The translations under genes and the position numbers were made by a program. A stretch of 48,484 bases of DNA. Source: a virus. Lineage: Duplodnaviria; Heunggongvirae; Uroviricota; Caudoviricetes. Numbering within the stretch: the first letter of the stretch is position 1; each line of letters opens with the position of its first letter. Positions 17,575-29,358 of this stretch are shown one piece after another. The notes beneath the pieces are model-generated. The model was not told where the DNA came from. It did not search any database and worked only from the letters and a program-made list of their open reading frames with translations. The DNA lies in IMG/VR virus record IMGVR_UViG_2737471860_000008, positions 1 to 48,484 of that record; one strand, written 5' to 3'.

Positions 17575-17864
17575 TGGCTAACCTACGCAAAGAAGCGCGC
17601 GGCAGAGAATGTCAGGTACGTATTTACGGCGTATGCAATGGCAATCCTGAAACTACAGTTCTGGCACATTACCGGATGGCTGGAATTTGCGGAACGGGAA
17701 TGAAGCCTGACGACCTGATCGGAGCATGGGCTTGTAGCGCGTGTCACGATGAAATCGACCGACGTACAATGATTCTCGACAACAAAGACGCCAGACTTTA
17801 CCACCTCGAAGGCGTGATCAGGACGCAGGCGATACTGCTGAAGGAGGGGAAGATTAAGTCATGA
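17574..17864 (+). CDS. DUF1364/YbcO-like protein (putative nuclease), 96 aa
   Basis: Cys/His-rich motif RECQVRIYGVCNG...CSACHDEIDRR; nin-region position before rusA. Confidence 0.5.
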   Translation: MANLRKEARGRECQVRIYGVCNGNPETTVLAHYRMAGICGTGMKPDDLIGAWACSACHDEIDRRTMILDNKDARLYHLEGVIRTQAILLKEGKIKS

Positions 17865-18256
17865 AAACCTACCGAATAAAATTGCCGTGGCCTCCTTCAA
17901 ACAACCGATATTGGCGACACTCAAGAGGGAGCCACTACATCAGCGACTGGGGGAAGAGATACCGAAAAGAAGTAATCGAATTAATCCAGCAACAACAGCT
18001 AGACATCAAAATCACACCTCGCATCAGAATAACCATCCACGCAGCACCTCCCGATAACCGCAAACGAGATTTGGACAATCTGCCCAAAGCCGTTTTTGAC
18101 GCACTCACCAGTGCGGGCTTCTGGCTGGATGACGGTCAGATAGACGATATGCGCGTCAAGCGCTATCAGGCGATTAAAGGTGGAATGCTTTTGTTGGTTG
18201 TGACTGAAACATGCGGCAGTTTGCCAATGATTACAGAGCTACTGGAGGCCGCATGA
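17861..18256 (+). CDS. rusA: RusA Holliday-junction resolvase, 131 aa
   Basis: LPWPPSNNRYWRH...RDLDNLPKAVFDALTSAGFWLDDGQIDD matches RusA catalytic Asp cluster. Confidence 0.85.
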   Translation: MKTYRIKLPWPPSNNRYWRHSRGSHYISDWGKRYRKEVIELIQQQQLDIKITPRIRITIHAAPPDNRKRDLDNLPKAVFDALTSAGFWLDDGQIDDMRVKRYQAIKGGMLLLVVTETCGSLPMITELLEAA

Positions 18257-18299
18257 CGTTCTCAGTAAAAACCATTCCAGATAACAAGGGAGAAGGCGC

Positions 18300-18788
18300 A
18301 TGGGCATAAGAGAACTAAACCTCACCAAAGAACAGCACGATTGGCTGAATGGATGGCTTGAACTGTGGGGCGCATGGGTTTATTCAGGCCGCCTGGAAAA
18401 GCGCATGAGCAGCGTAATAGCGAAGTTCATGGAGAGCGTAGAGCCGGGAAGAGTTATGACAAGGCCAATGTGTAATGATGATGATGGAATGTTGATTTCT
18501 CAGGTCGTCGATTCCGTCATGTGCATTGACAAGAAAGCCTTTGGCATCCTCCTCAGCTACTACGCTCATGGCTCTTCCAAGCACGCCATTGCATCTTACT
18601 ATCATTGCGTCGCAAGACCTCGCAAGATGTTATGCCGTGGCGGCGGGCGCATTCAAAAACCATCGCTCGCAACCTGTCGACGGGAAGTTGACGAAATCCT
18701 TAATGCCTCGTTGTTTATGATTTACCCGGTTCTGGATAGTGCGTTTAAAAATCGGAAACGTGTAGAGAAAATTAAACATGTAGCATAG
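18300..18788 (+). CDS. Late-gene antiterminator Q-like protein, 162 aa (by position; family not verified)
   Basis: Last gene before tRNAs and the lysis cassette, Cys/His-containing; no firm motif recognised. Confidence 0.45.
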   Translation: MGIRELNLTKEQHDWLNGWLELWGAWVYSGRLEKRMSSVIAKFMESVEPGRVMTRPMCNDDDGMLISQVVDSVMCIDKKAFGILLSYYAHGSSKHAIASYYHCVARPRKMLCRGGGRIQKPSLATCRREVDEILNASLFMIYPVLDSAFKNRKRVEKIKHVA

Positions 18789-18879
18789 AACGTGTTGACA
18801 TCATTGAGCAAATGAGCAACACTATTCGCATAAGCTGCCGTTAGTGACTCTTAAGTTGCAACGGTGGCTTTTTTTATTT

Positions 18880-18954
18880 GGGTCAGTCGTATAAAGGTCA
18901 TTACGGAAGGCTGTTAACCTTCTTATCGTGGTTCGAGTCCACGCTGTCCCGCCA
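18880..18954 (+). tRNA. tRNA-like gene, anticodon GUU (Asn), with imperfect acceptor and D stems
   Basis: Hand-folded cloverleaf: anticodon loop CTGTTAA, T arm CGTGG-TTCGAGT-CCACG, encoded CCA; one mismatch each in acceptor and D stems. Confidence 0.45.
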
Positions 18955-18959
18955 AACAT

Positions 18960-19035
18960 GCTGTTTTAGCTCCAATGGTAGAGCGGTCGCCTTGTAAGCG
19001 AATGGGTAGCGGTTCAAGTCCGTTAAACAGCACCA
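18960..19035 (+). tRNA. tRNA-Thr (anticodon UGU), 76 nt with encoded CCA
   Basis: Hand-folded: 7-bp acceptor stem GCTGTTT/AAACAGC, D stem GCTC/GAGC, anticodon loop CTTGTAA, T loop TTCAAGT. Confidence 0.7.
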
Positions 19036-19205
19036 TAACTGAGCCGTAGCCACTGGCTATCCTGAATTCATCAGTGATAGTTACGCTGCGGCCTTCTACA
19101 CATGATCTTCGTGAAAGCGGGTGGCAGGAGGTCGCGCTAACAACCCCTGCCGTTTTGCCATTATTCCTAAATAAATAGAGCAAATCCCCTTATTGGGGCT
19201 AAGAC

Positions 19206-19529
19206 ATGAAGATGCCAGAAAAACATGACCTGTTAGCCGCCATTCTCGCGGCAAAGGAACAAGGCATCGGGGCAATCCTTGCGTTTGCAATGGCGTACCT
19301 TCGCGGCAGATATAATGGCGGTGCGTTTACAAAAACAGTAATCGACGCAACGATGTGCGCCATTATCGCCTGGTTCATTCGTGACCTTCTCGACTTCGCC
19401 GGACTAAGTAGCAATCTCGCTTATATAACGAGCGTGTTCATCGGCTACATCGGTACTGACTCGATTGGTTCGCTTATCAAACGCTTCGCTGCTAAAAAAG
19501 CCGGAATAGAAGATGGTGGAAATCAATAA
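19206..19529 (+). CDS. S: Holin (lambda S-type, class I), 107 aa
   Basis: Near-identical to lambda S as I recall it ([39 protein letters not shown]...) including the dual-start MKM. Confidence 0.9.
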   Translation: MKMPEKHDLLAAILAAKEQGIGAILAFAMAYLRGRYNGGAFTKTVIDATMCAIIAWFIRDLLDFAGLSSNLAYITSVFIGYIGTDSIGSLIKRFAAKKAGIEDGGNQ

Positions 19530-19989
19530 TCAACGTAAGGCGTTCCTCGATATGCTGGCGTGGTCAGAGGGAACTGATAACGGACGTCAGAAAACCAGAA
19601 ATCATGGTTATGACGTCATTGTTGGCGGAGAGCTATTCACTGATTACTCCGATCACCCACGCAAACTTGTCACGCTAAACCCCAAACTCAAATCAACAGC
19701 CGCCGGACGCTACCAGCTTCTTTCCCGTTGGTGGGATGCCTACCGCAAGCAGCTTGGCCTGAAAGACTTCTCTCCGAAAAGCCAGGACGCTGTGGCACTG
19801 CAACAGATTAAAGAGCGTGGCGCTTTACCGATGATTGATCGCGGTGATATTCGTCAGGCTATCGACCGTTGCAGTAATATCTGGGCTTCACTGCCTGGCG
19901 CTGGCTATGGCCAGTTCGAGCATAAGGCTGACAGCCTGATTGCAAAATTCAAAGAAGTTGGCGGAACGGTCAGAGAGATTGAGGTATGA
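19513..19989 (+). CDS. R: Endolysin (lambda R-type lytic transglycosylase), 158 aa
   Basis: Matches lambda R as I recall it ([39 protein letters not shown]...). Confidence 0.9.
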   Translation: MVEINNQRKAFLDMLAWSEGTDNGRQKTRNHGYDVIVGGELFTDYSDHPRKLVTLNPKLKSTAAGRYQLLSRWWDAYRKQLGLKDFSPKSQDAVALQQIKERGALPMIDRGDIRQAIDRCSNIWASLPGAGYGQFEHKADSLIAKFKEVGGTVREIEV

Positions 19990-20453
19990 GCAGAGTAACC
20001 GCGATTATCTCCGCTCTGGTTATCTGCATCATCGTCTGCCTGTCGTGGGCGGTAAATCATTACCGTGATAACGCCATCGCCTACAAAGAACAGCGTGATA
20101 AAAAAGTCAGTGAGCTGAAGCAGGCGACCGCCACCATTACTGACATGCAGCAGCGCCAGCGTTCTGCTGATGCACTCGATGCTAAATACACGAAGGAGTT
20201 AGCTGATGCGAAAGCTGAAAATGATGCTCTTCGGCGCAAGCTTGATAATGGTGGTCGGGTGTTCGTCAAAGGAAAATGCCCTGTGTCATCCTCAGCCGAA
20301 ACCTCCAGCGCCTCCGGCATGGGCAATGATGCCACCGTCGAACTCTCTGCAGTTGCTGGACGAAACGTTCTCGGTATCCGGTCCGGAATCATCAGCGACC
20401 AAACAGCCATGAGGGCGCTGCAGGAATACATCACCACGCAGTGCCTGAAGTAA
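19986..20453 (+). CDS. Rz: i-spanin Rz, 155 aa
   Basis: N-terminal TM and coiled-coil matching lambda Rz N-terminus; C-terminal half divergent. Confidence 0.85.
   Translation: MSRVTAIISALVICIIVCLSWAVNHYRDNAIAYKEQRDKKVSELKQATATITDMQQRQRSADALDAKYTKELADAKAENDALRRKLDNGGRVFVKGKCPVSSSAETSSASGMGNDATVELSAVAGRNVLGIRSGIISDQTAMRALQEYITTQCLK
20206..20412 (+). CDS. Rz1: o-spanin Rz1 lipoprotein, embedded in the +1 frame of Rz, 68 aa
   Basis: Lipobox LIMVVGC, proline-rich [11 protein letters not shown]; entirely nested within Rz. Confidence 0.8.
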   Translation: MRKLKMMLFGASLIMVVGCSSKENALCHPQPKPPAPPAWAMMPPSNSLQLLDETFSVSGPESSATKQP

Positions 20454-20510
20454 GGCATTACAGAGCCACTTCCAGAGGTGGCTCGATAATGTCACTACGA
20501 GGTAAGGACT

Positions 20511-21251
20511 ATGGCAAAACCGGACTGGGGAGCACTGCAACACCAGTTCCTCGCCGAGCATGCCAAAACAGGAATATCCCCGAAAGACTGGTGCGCAGCG
20601 CAGGGACTGAATTATTCATCTGCGAAACGCTATATCAAAGTAACGACTTACGGTGCGAATTCGCAAAAAAAAAGTGCGAACAAATCTGCGAATTCGCAGA
20701 AGGAGAAAGGCGGGGCCAATAAAAACGGGAAGGTGAAAAAAAACCAGCCCGACACAGGCGCCCGCTCAAAATCTCCAGAAACGAAACCGATACGCGGATC
20801 GCGCACTGCTCCGCCGACGAACGCCTTCCAGCCTGGCAACCAGAACGCATTAAAGCATGGTGGCTATGGCCGCCGGATGCTGCTCTCTGACGCCATCACC
20901 GAAGATGCCCAGATGCTCACGCTCGACGATGAGCTTTTCTGGCTGCGAGCGGCGAGCCTGACAGCGGCAGAGAATATCGGGCGCTGGCAGACAGAGCTGG
21001 AGACAGCCGCCAGCGAGCAGGCCAAAGATCTGCACGACCTCATCTCTCAGGCGCAGAAAGCCATGCATCGCAACACTGCGCGCATTGAGTCGCTGGAGTA
21101 CACCAAGGCGGCGATTATCAAGCAGCGCGTTGATGCCGCTTACCGCGAAGCCGCGACCGAAAAGGTTGAACTCGAAATTGATGTACTGAAAGACGGCGAC
21201 AAGGATAACGCGATCGTCGTGCATAACTCGCTGCCAATACCGGGAAGATAA
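20511..21251 (+). CDS. Terminase small subunit (DNA-binding), 246 aa
   Basis: Immediately upstream of the large terminase; N-terminal HTH-like region, low-complexity basic linker. Confidence 0.6.
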   Translation: MAKPDWGALQHQFLAEHAKTGISPKDWCAAQGLNYSSAKRYIKVTTYGANSQKKSANKSANSQKEKGGANKNGKVKKNQPDTGARSKSPETKPIRGSRTAPPTNAFQPGNQNALKHGGYGRRMLLSDAITEDAQMLTLDDELFWLRAASLTAAENIGRWQTELETAASEQAKDLHDLISQAQKAMHRNTARIESLEYTKAAIIKQRVDAAYREAATEKVELEIDVLKDGDKDNAIVVHNSLPIPGR

Positions 21252-21254
21252 ATC

Positions 21255-22586
21255 ATGGCCGACATTTACCTACCCACGCTACACAACGGGCAGTTAACGG
21301 TCTGGTCTGATTCCTGGGATCACCAGTTGAATGCGGTTCGCTGTGGTCGACGCTGGGGGAAAACCTTCATGCTGTCGAGCGCCGCGGTGACCTACGCAAC
21401 GTCGCAGTTTCGGCGCCCGGGCATGGACATCGAGCTGGGCGGCCGGGTCGGTATCTTCACTGCCGAGTATCGCCAGTACCAGGAGATCTACGACAAGCTG
21501 GAAGAAATCCTGTTGCCGCTGAAAAAGAGCTTCAGCCGGCAGGAAAAGCGCCTGCTGCTGAAGAACGGCGGGAAGATTGACTTCTGGGTCACCAACGACA
21601 ACAAACTGGCCGGTCGTGGTCGTGAGTACGAAATTATCCTGATCGATGAGGCGGCTTTTACCAAGTCGCCTGAAATGCTGAAGGAAATCTGGCCGAAGTC
21701 GATTAAGCCGACGCTGCTGACGACAAAGGGCCGGGCTTACGTATTCTCAACGCCTGACGGTGTGGACGAAGAAAATTTCTTCTATGCCATCTGCCATAAC
21801 AAAGACCTCGGCTTCCATGAGCATCACGCGCCGACGTCATCAAACCCCTTCGTTCCTCCCGAGGAGCTGGAGAAAGAGCGACAGAACAACGATCCTCGCG
21901 TTTTCCGGCAGGAGTTCCTGGCCGAGTTCGTCGACTGGTCCGCTGCGTCGCTTTTCGACGTCCGCAAATGGTTTGAGGGTGAAAACCAGGATCAGCCTGT
22001 CGATTACCCTGAGATGTGCCAGGCCGTTTTCGCTGTCATGGATACCGCCGTTAAGGGCGGTACTGAGCACGACGGCACGGCGGTGGTTTACTACGCCGTA
22101 GACACCCGGCCCGGAATTCAGCGCCTGACCATTCTTGACTGGGATGTGGTGCAGATCGACGGCGCGCTGCTGGAAGAGTGGATTCCGTCTGTTTTCACCA
22201 GGCTGAATGAGCTATCCGGCCAGTGCGTCGCTGTAAATGGCAGCCTCGGCGTTTTCATCGAAGACGCCAGCATGGGCAGCATCCTCCTGCAGAAAGGTGA
22301 AAGCCTGGGATGGCCGGTCAACAAAATTGAATCCGCCCTGACCAGCAAAGGGAAGGACGAACGCGCCATTATGGCCTCTGGGTATCACTACCGCGGGCTG
22401 GCGAAAATATCCCGATACGCCTACGAGAAGACGGCCGTCTTCAAGGGCGAAACAGCAAACCATCTGCATAAGCAGGTGTCACGATTCCACCTTGCCGATA
22501 AGAACGCGCACAAGCGCGCCGACGATTTGCTGGATGATTACACCTACGGGCTGATCATCGCGTTCGGTAGCGGCGACGCACTCTAG
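21255..22586 (+). CDS. Terminase large subunit, 443 aa
   Basis: Walker A-like CGRRWGKTF, Walker B ILIDEAAF, C-terminal nuclease-like region. Confidence 0.85.
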   Translation: MADIYLPTLHNGQLTVWSDSWDHQLNAVRCGRRWGKTFMLSSAAVTYATSQFRRPGMDIELGGRVGIFTAEYRQYQEIYDKLEEILLPLKKSFSRQEKRLLLKNGGKIDFWVTNDNKLAGRGREYEIILIDEAAFTKSPEMLKEIWPKSIKPTLLTTKGRAYVFSTPDGVDEENFFYAICHNKDLGFHEHHAPTSSNPFVPPEELEKERQNNDPRVFRQEFLAEFVDWSAASLFDVRKWFEGENQDQPVDYPEMCQAVFAVMDTAVKGGTEHDGTAVVYYAVDTRPGIQRLTILDWDVVQIDGALLEEWIPSVFTRLNELSGQCVAVNGSLGVFIEDASMGSILLQKGESLGWPVNKIESALTSKGKDERAIMASGYHYRGLAKISRYAYEKTAVFKGETANHLHKQVSRFHLADKNAHKRADDLLDDYTYGLIIAFGSGDAL

Positions 22587-22597
22587 CGAGAAAACCA

Positions 22598-24013
22598 ATG
22601 AACGAAGATGATATCGCAATCGGCAGTTGCTCGCCGGAGCTGATCACGCTCCTGGACAGCGATGACATTCAGCCGGGTATGTCGGCTGGCTATCAGACCT
22701 GCAAAACGATTTACCTCTTCCACCCGTTGGGCGGGAAAATGGTAGATCGCCCGATCAAGATGGCGATGAACGAGTCGCGCACGGTTCACATTTCGCAGGC
22801 GTATGGCATTGAGCAGCGTCTCCGCGATGCATTTGAGCGGGAGTGGAAAGCACTGGGCGCCGATAAGCACATCGCTAATGCGGCGCGCATCTCTCGCATT
22901 TACGGTGTTTCGGCGATCGCAATGCTGGTTGATAACCAGGAGCCGTCCTCTGCGGTGGACTACCGCACGCTGTATAAGCACAACGTGACATTCAACATTC
23001 TCGACCCGCTGAACACTGCCGGAAGCATCGTCCTGAACCAGGATCCGAACGCGCAGGACTTTCAGAAGGTCGACGGGATCAGAGTGGCGGGCAAGCCGTA
23101 TCACAAATCCCGCTGTGTTGTGCAACAGAACGAGGACCCGATTTATCTGGCCTATAACTCTGCTGCCTTTGGCTTTACCGGTCGCAGCGTTTACCAGCGC
23201 GCTCTGTTCCCGCTGAAATCCTTCATCCAGACCATGCGCACCGATGACATGGTTTCCGTGAAGGGTGGCTTGCTGGTAACGAAGATTCAGGGACCGAGCT
23301 CAGTCGTCAACAACATGATGCAAAAGCTCAGCGGCATCAAACGAATGATGCTGAAGCGAGGGAAGACAGGCGAAGTCCTGCAGATCGGCGCAAATGACAG
23401 CATCGAATCCATCGACCTGAGCAACCTGGAAAAGCCGCTCGACTCCTCCCGGAATCACATTCTGGAGAATATCGCTGCGGCAGCTGACATGCCGGCTATC
23501 ATTCTGAACTCGGAAACATTCGCCCAGGGCTTCGGCGAGGGGACGGAAGACGCTCGATCTGTTGCAGTCTACATCGACAACATCCGCGAGTGGCTTGAGC
23601 CGCTGTATGACTATTTCATCCGTATTTGCCAGTATCGCGCCTGGAGCATTGAGTTTTTCAATTCTCTGCGTGCTGACTTTCCGGAGCTGAAAAACACCTA
23701 CAGCCTGTACTTCTCCTCATGGATTAACAACTTCGAATATCGCTGGCCGTCATCCCTGAAAGAGCCGGAAAGCGAAAAAGTGAAGGTCGACGAAATCCGG
23801 TTTAAGGCGATCGTCAGCATGCTGGAAGTGCTGCTTCCACAGGTCAACACGGATGATGAGAACCGCGCTCTGCTTATCGAGTGGGCGCAGACCAACGCGA
23901 ACGCTAACGAAAGCCTGTTCCCGCAGCGGCTCGATCTCGATATCGACTCTCTAAAGGCTAATCGGCCTGAACAGCCACGGGATGAAGAGCCCGGAGGCGA
24001 GATGATGCTATGA
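22598..24013 (+). CDS. Portal protein (Mu gp29-like), 471 aa
   Basis: Size and position between large terminase and MuF-like gene. Confidence 0.7.
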   Translation: MNEDDIAIGSCSPELITLLDSDDIQPGMSAGYQTCKTIYLFHPLGGKMVDRPIKMAMNESRTVHISQAYGIEQRLRDAFEREWKALGADKHIANAARISRIYGVSAIAMLVDNQEPSSAVDYRTLYKHNVTFNILDPLNTAGSIVLNQDPNAQDFQKVDGIRVAGKPYHKSRCVVQQNEDPIYLAYNSAAFGFTGRSVYQRALFPLKSFIQTMRTDDMVSVKGGLLVTKIQGPSSVVNNMMQKLSGIKRMMLKRGKTGEVLQIGANDSIESIDLSNLEKPLDSSRNHILENIAAAADMPAIILNSETFAQGFGEGTEDARSVAVYIDNIREWLEPLYDYFIRICQYRAWSIEFFNSLRADFPELKNTYSLYFSSWINNFEYRWPSSLKEPESEKVKVDEIRFKAIVSMLEVLLPQVNTDDENRALLIEWAQTNANANESLFPQRLDLDIDSLKANRPEQPRDEEPGGEMML

Positions 24014-24831
24014 AGACTTTCACGCGCACCGTACGCGAGGCGGTGAAGTTCTTTCTGCGCAATGGCTACACCTCGCGGCAGGAGCTGGAGCAATGGCAGG
24101 CCATTATCCGGCAAGCGGCCGAAAGCGAAACTGATGACGACTACATGAGCATGGTGTCCGATCGGTTGCGTAAGACCTATGACATGCAGGTGAGCAAGGC
24201 TGGAGCGCTGGAGCGCCACAAGGGGCTTTCACGCTTCACGCTGAACTACATGGAGCCGAAGTTACGCAGCGAGCTGGATCGCCGCATCCTGGCCAGCGCT
24301 GACCTGATAAAGCTGAATCGCAAGAAAGCCATCGACACTACTCTGTCGCGGTTTAGCGGATGGGCCAGCAGCATTCCCTCAGCAGACAGCATTGCGCTGA
24401 CCGGCATTCAGGGAACGATGCGGGAGAAGGCGGCGCACATTCAGAAGGCCGCCGAGAAGGTGGACTATGAAGCGCGCCGCGTGATGATTGACCAGAGCCA
24501 TAAGCTGATCGCCAATATCGACAACATCATCGCGACGGGCAACAACGCGATTGCTGCCGAGTGGCACAGTCACTGGCGCCAGGCAGGTTATGACTACCGG
24601 GAAGACCACAAGGAGCGGGATAAGCTGGTCTATCTCATCCGCGGAAACTGGGCGCAGAAAAATGGCTATGTCAAAGTTGGTCCCGCCGGCTATCTCGACG
24701 AAATCACGCAGCCTGGCGAAGAGGTTTTCTGTCGGTGCTACGTCACCTATCTGTACAACCTCCGCAGCATTCCCGAGGACATGCTGACCCAGAAGGGCCG
24801 CAAGTTCCTGGAGTCCATGAAAGCAGCATAG
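24010..24831 (+). CDS. Head morphogenesis protein (Mu F-like), 273 aa
   Basis: Position after portal; overlapping start/stop with portal. Confidence 0.6.
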   Translation: MKTFTRTVREAVKFFLRNGYTSRQELEQWQAIIRQAAESETDDDYMSMVSDRLRKTYDMQVSKAGALERHKGLSRFTLNYMEPKLRSELDRRILASADLIKLNRKKAIDTTLSRFSGWASSIPSADSIALTGIQGTMREKAAHIQKAAEKVDYEARRVMIDQSHKLIANIDNIIATGNNAIAAEWHSHWRQAGYDYREDHKERDKLVYLIRGNWAQKNGYVKVGPAGYLDEITQPGEEVFCRCYVTYLYNLRSIPEDMLTQKGRKFLESMKAA

Positions 24832-24840
24832 GAGCATTAA

Positions 24841-26457
<1,617 letters not shown>

Positions 26458-26472
26458 CGGGAGCTCTGAAGC

Positions 26473-27333
26473 ATGGCTAATTTATCTCTTAACCCGATGG
26501 CGACCACGAATGCCGCTGGTTCCTTCGGTGTGCAGTCTGATGGCTTCATTCAGGGCGTTGCTCTGGATGATCCGGCAAATCGCTTTAACCTGGCGTCCGG
26601 CACTGTCGCCGCCACCGAAACCAAACCGCTGTGGGGTGGCCTGCCGGTTGCCGAGTTGCTGCCCGGCGTGAACTCCAGTACTCGCGGGTCGACTATTCGT
26701 CGCGCTGTATCACTGGCTGAGCTAGAAGGCTTCACCGTCTTCAACCAGGCCCACAACGGGCTTACCACTCCGCAATCACCGGTTCCGCTGTATGCGTCCG
26801 GCATGAGCGTTTCATTCTATCGCCTTGGCTCCAACATGCGCGTTCCGCTGAAAGCTTCAGCGCAGGTGGTAGCGCTCGGAACCGCTGGCGCATCGGTGAA
26901 AACGCCGCTGGCGTGGGACTTCGTCAATAACCAGGTGACCACCGCAGCCGCGGCGGCTTTTGCCGGTGCTGACATTGCCACAACCGCTGTTACCTATTCG
27001 AACGGCGTGGCCACCGCCACCACCGCCTCTGCGCATGGACTGACCGCTGGCCAGTACGTGAAGATCAGCGGTGTAACTCCGGCGGCCTATAACGGAACCG
27101 TCGTTGTGCTGACCGTGCCGACAGCGACAACCTTCACCTATGCGCCTGCCAGCGCGCCGGGCGGTTCCGCAACCACGCAGGGCAATATCGGTGCTGTGGC
27201 TCAGGCAGACATCACCCTGCCGGTGAAAGTCATCTCCATCGAGAGCGGGAACTCGAAAACTGTCAGCTATGACAGCGCTACGGGCTTCCTTACCTGGAAC
27301 AACACCGACAGCTGCGCGCTGGTCTTACTTTAA
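26473..27333 (+). CDS. Capsid-associated structural protein (decoration-like) carrying a ~45-aa HG.T.GQ...YNG...TFTY domain, 286 aa
   Basis: Position between scaffold and major capsid; Ala/Thr/Gly-rich. Confidence 0.5.
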   Translation: MANLSLNPMATTNAAGSFGVQSDGFIQGVALDDPANRFNLASGTVAATETKPLWGGLPVAELLPGVNSSTRGSTIRRAVSLAELEGFTVFNQAHNGLTTPQSPVPLYASGMSVSFYRLGSNMRVPLKASAQVVALGTAGASVKTPLAWDFVNNQVTTAAAAAFAGADIATTAVTYSNGVATATTASAHGLTAGQYVKISGVTPAAYNGTVVVLTVPTATTFTYAPASAPGGSATTQGNIGAVAQADITLPVKVISIESGNSKTVSYDSATGFLTWNNTDSCALVLL

Positions 27334-27346
27334 TCGGGAGCTTTAA

Positions 27347-28378
27347 ATGGCTGCAATTACCCCCAGCTACACCATCGTCAACCCGTCGTACATTGCGCCG
27401 GAGTTGATCATTGGTTACCAGCAGGCGTCCGGTGCGTTCGAAACCATCGCCAGCGGTAACCCGCAGGTCCGCCTTGGCGTAGGCGACCAGTACGTTTATA
27501 TGCGCCGCCTGGATATCCGCACCCAGGTGACCTCAAGCCAGTCCGGCAACGCCAACCAGCTGCCGAGCGTGGCGCTCGAGGCGCGCATGATCTCCACTCC
27601 AACCTACCTGTTCCGCTGCCGTGGTATCTACGATCACCACGACACCGCGGCGGCCGGTAACTGGAACGTGGCTCTGCCAGAAGCTCAGCGTCTCGGCATG
27701 CGTCAGGGCATCTTCCAGCAGTTGCGTTCTGCGCTGCTGTACGGCATGAACCCGGCAGGCGGCGAAGGTCTGCTGAACACCGCAGGCGCGACCACCGAAA
27801 CCCTGCCGCCGGACAGCAACAGCAACACCACTGTGCTGACCTACGACCATGGACAGATGGCTGTCTATCTGCTGGGCCATGTACAGGCCGCGCTGACCCG
27901 CACCATGCAACTGGGTCGCCAGCAGCGTGTTGTTATCCTCGGTCCGCAGCGAGTGCTGGGCGCGATGGAGATTCAGCAGATCGTTCAGCTGACATCTTAT
28001 CAGCGTCCTGGCGGCGGTACTGATACCGTCGGCGGCACCGTGAAAGAGGTTCTCCGTGGCGCGAATGTTCAGGTTGACTGGGTGTACGACGACACGCTGA
28101 TCGGCGCCGGTGCCGGCGGTACTGACGCGGTGGTTATCACCGTCCCGGAAGTGGAAGTGCCGATGGCCAACTCCACCGTGAACACCAACGAATTCGCCAA
28201 ACTGAGCCCGTCTCTGGCGGCGAACGCCCTGATGTTCACCGACATGGCGGCACCGATGGAAATCCCGACGCCAATCCCCGGGGGCGCTATCGACGTGCTG
28301 TCAGAAATGCGCTCTACGGCTGGCTGGGCAGTCCGTCCGGAAGCTATCACCATCCTGTCGATGAAATACAGCGACTAA
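27347..28378 (+). CDS. Major capsid protein (probable), 343 aa
   Basis: Size, position after scaffold/decoration genes, followed by a strong intrinsic terminator. Confidence 0.6.
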   Translation: MAAITPSYTIVNPSYIAPELIIGYQQASGAFETIASGNPQVRLGVGDQYVYMRRLDIRTQVTSSQSGNANQLPSVALEARMISTPTYLFRCRGIYDHHDTAAAGNWNVALPEAQRLGMRQGIFQQLRSALLYGMNPAGGEGLLNTAGATTETLPPDSNSNTTVLTYDHGQMAVYLLGHVQAALTRTMQLGRQQRVVILGPQRVLGAMEIQQIVQLTSYQRPGGGTDTVGGTVKEVLRGANVQVDWVYDDTLIGAGAGGTDAVVITVPEVEVPMANSTVNTNEFAKLSPSLAANALMFTDMAAPMEIPTPIPGGAIDVLSEMRSTAGWAVRPEAITILSMKYSD

Positions 28379-28402
28379 AACTCGAAATTGAGAAGTGCTT
28401 AA

Positions 28403-28438
28403 GCCTCTGCATGGTTCGCTGTGCAGGGGCTTTTTTAC
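28403..28438 (+). terminator. Rho-independent terminator after the capsid gene
   Basis: Hairpin GCCTCTGCA-loop-TGCAGGGGC followed by TTTTTT. Confidence 0.6.
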
Positions 28439-28450
28439 GAAGGGTAAACA

Positions 28451-28933
28451 ATGAAACTGTACATCGCCAACACTACCAAGCAGCGCCACATCTTCACTTT
28501 CCGCCAGCTGGAAACCGGGCGCCTTCGCCAGATCCCCATTGAGCACGGCTCACAGATGCTGGTTCTGGATGGCTCGACCGAAGAAGTCGAAGCGGTTATT
28601 CAGCATCATCAGGTTTACGGTCTGGTTGACTCAACCAAAATCGACCAGAGCCAGGCATTTGTCGGCCTGTGCTACAGCATCAACAAACCCGTTTCTGCCA
28701 GCGTTATTGAGAAAACCATTCGCGATAACGATGGTCATCTGACCCGCGGGGCTCATAACCGCCGGCAGGCATCCGTCGCCGCGCTGGATAACACACTGCG
28801 CGAAAGCGGTATCGGCTACGAAGGTGACATGGAATTCAGCGCAGAGCAGGCCAAGGGGCGCGATGACCATTCAGACGACCCGACCATCAACGAAAAAATT
28901 GTCACGCCGAAAGCCGGGAGCAAGAAGAAATGA
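28451..28933 (+). CDS. Head completion/connector-like protein, 160 aa
   Basis: Position only. Confidence 0.4.
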   Translation: MKLYIANTTKQRHIFTFRQLETGRLRQIPIEHGSQMLVLDGSTEEVEAVIQHHQVYGLVDSTKIDQSQAFVGLCYSINKPVSASVIEKTIRDNDGHLTRGAHNRRQASVAALDNTLRESGIGYEGDMEFSAEQAKGRDDHSDDPTINEKIVTPKAGSKKK

Positions 28934-29358
28934 CCACCAGTCTGTCGGGATTCATCGAATTCGTTCGATCTGATATGGGCATCACCCCCGACAAGGTTCC
29001 CGACGACTCGCCGTCTTTTTCTCTCGCCTATGGCGGCGCCATTGAATGGGTTAACCCGGACTTCGCGTGCGTTATGCCTAACATGTACAGCATCGCGGTT
29101 TATAACCTTGGGGCATCGTTTCTCATCAATTACGGGACAGAGGCTGTGTTTGCTGAGTTCCGTAAACAATATGGGCTGAATGACTTCAAAGCCGGTGTTA
29201 TCACGGGAGCCGGGGATAACTCTACCAGCGCACAGCGCCTGGTCCCTGATTTCTTCAAAGACCTGTCGCTGGCAGATCTGCAGATGCTCCAGGACCCGTG
29301 GGGCCGTCGCTACCTGATGTTCGCTCAGCAGTTCGGGAGCCTGTGGGGTCTGACATGA
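28930..29358 (+). CDS. Head-tail adaptor-like protein, 142 aa
   Basis: Position; overlapping start/stop. Confidence 0.4.
   Translation: MTTSLSGFIEFVRSDMGITPDKVPDDSPSFSLAYGGAIEWVNPDFACVMPNMYSIAVYNLGASFLINYGTEAVFAEFRKQYGLNDFKAGVITGAGDNSTSAQRLVPDFFKDLSLADLQMLQDPWGRRYLMFAQQFGSLWGLT

Noticed and set aside
19040-19140. Possible third tRNA after tRNA-Thr
   Set aside because: No T-loop or cloverleaf could be folded; more likely the late promoter region with a terminator-like hairpin (GGCAGG...CCTGCC plus T-run).
22583-23125. 180-aa minus-strand ORF
   Set aside because: Antisense within the portal gene; no independent support.
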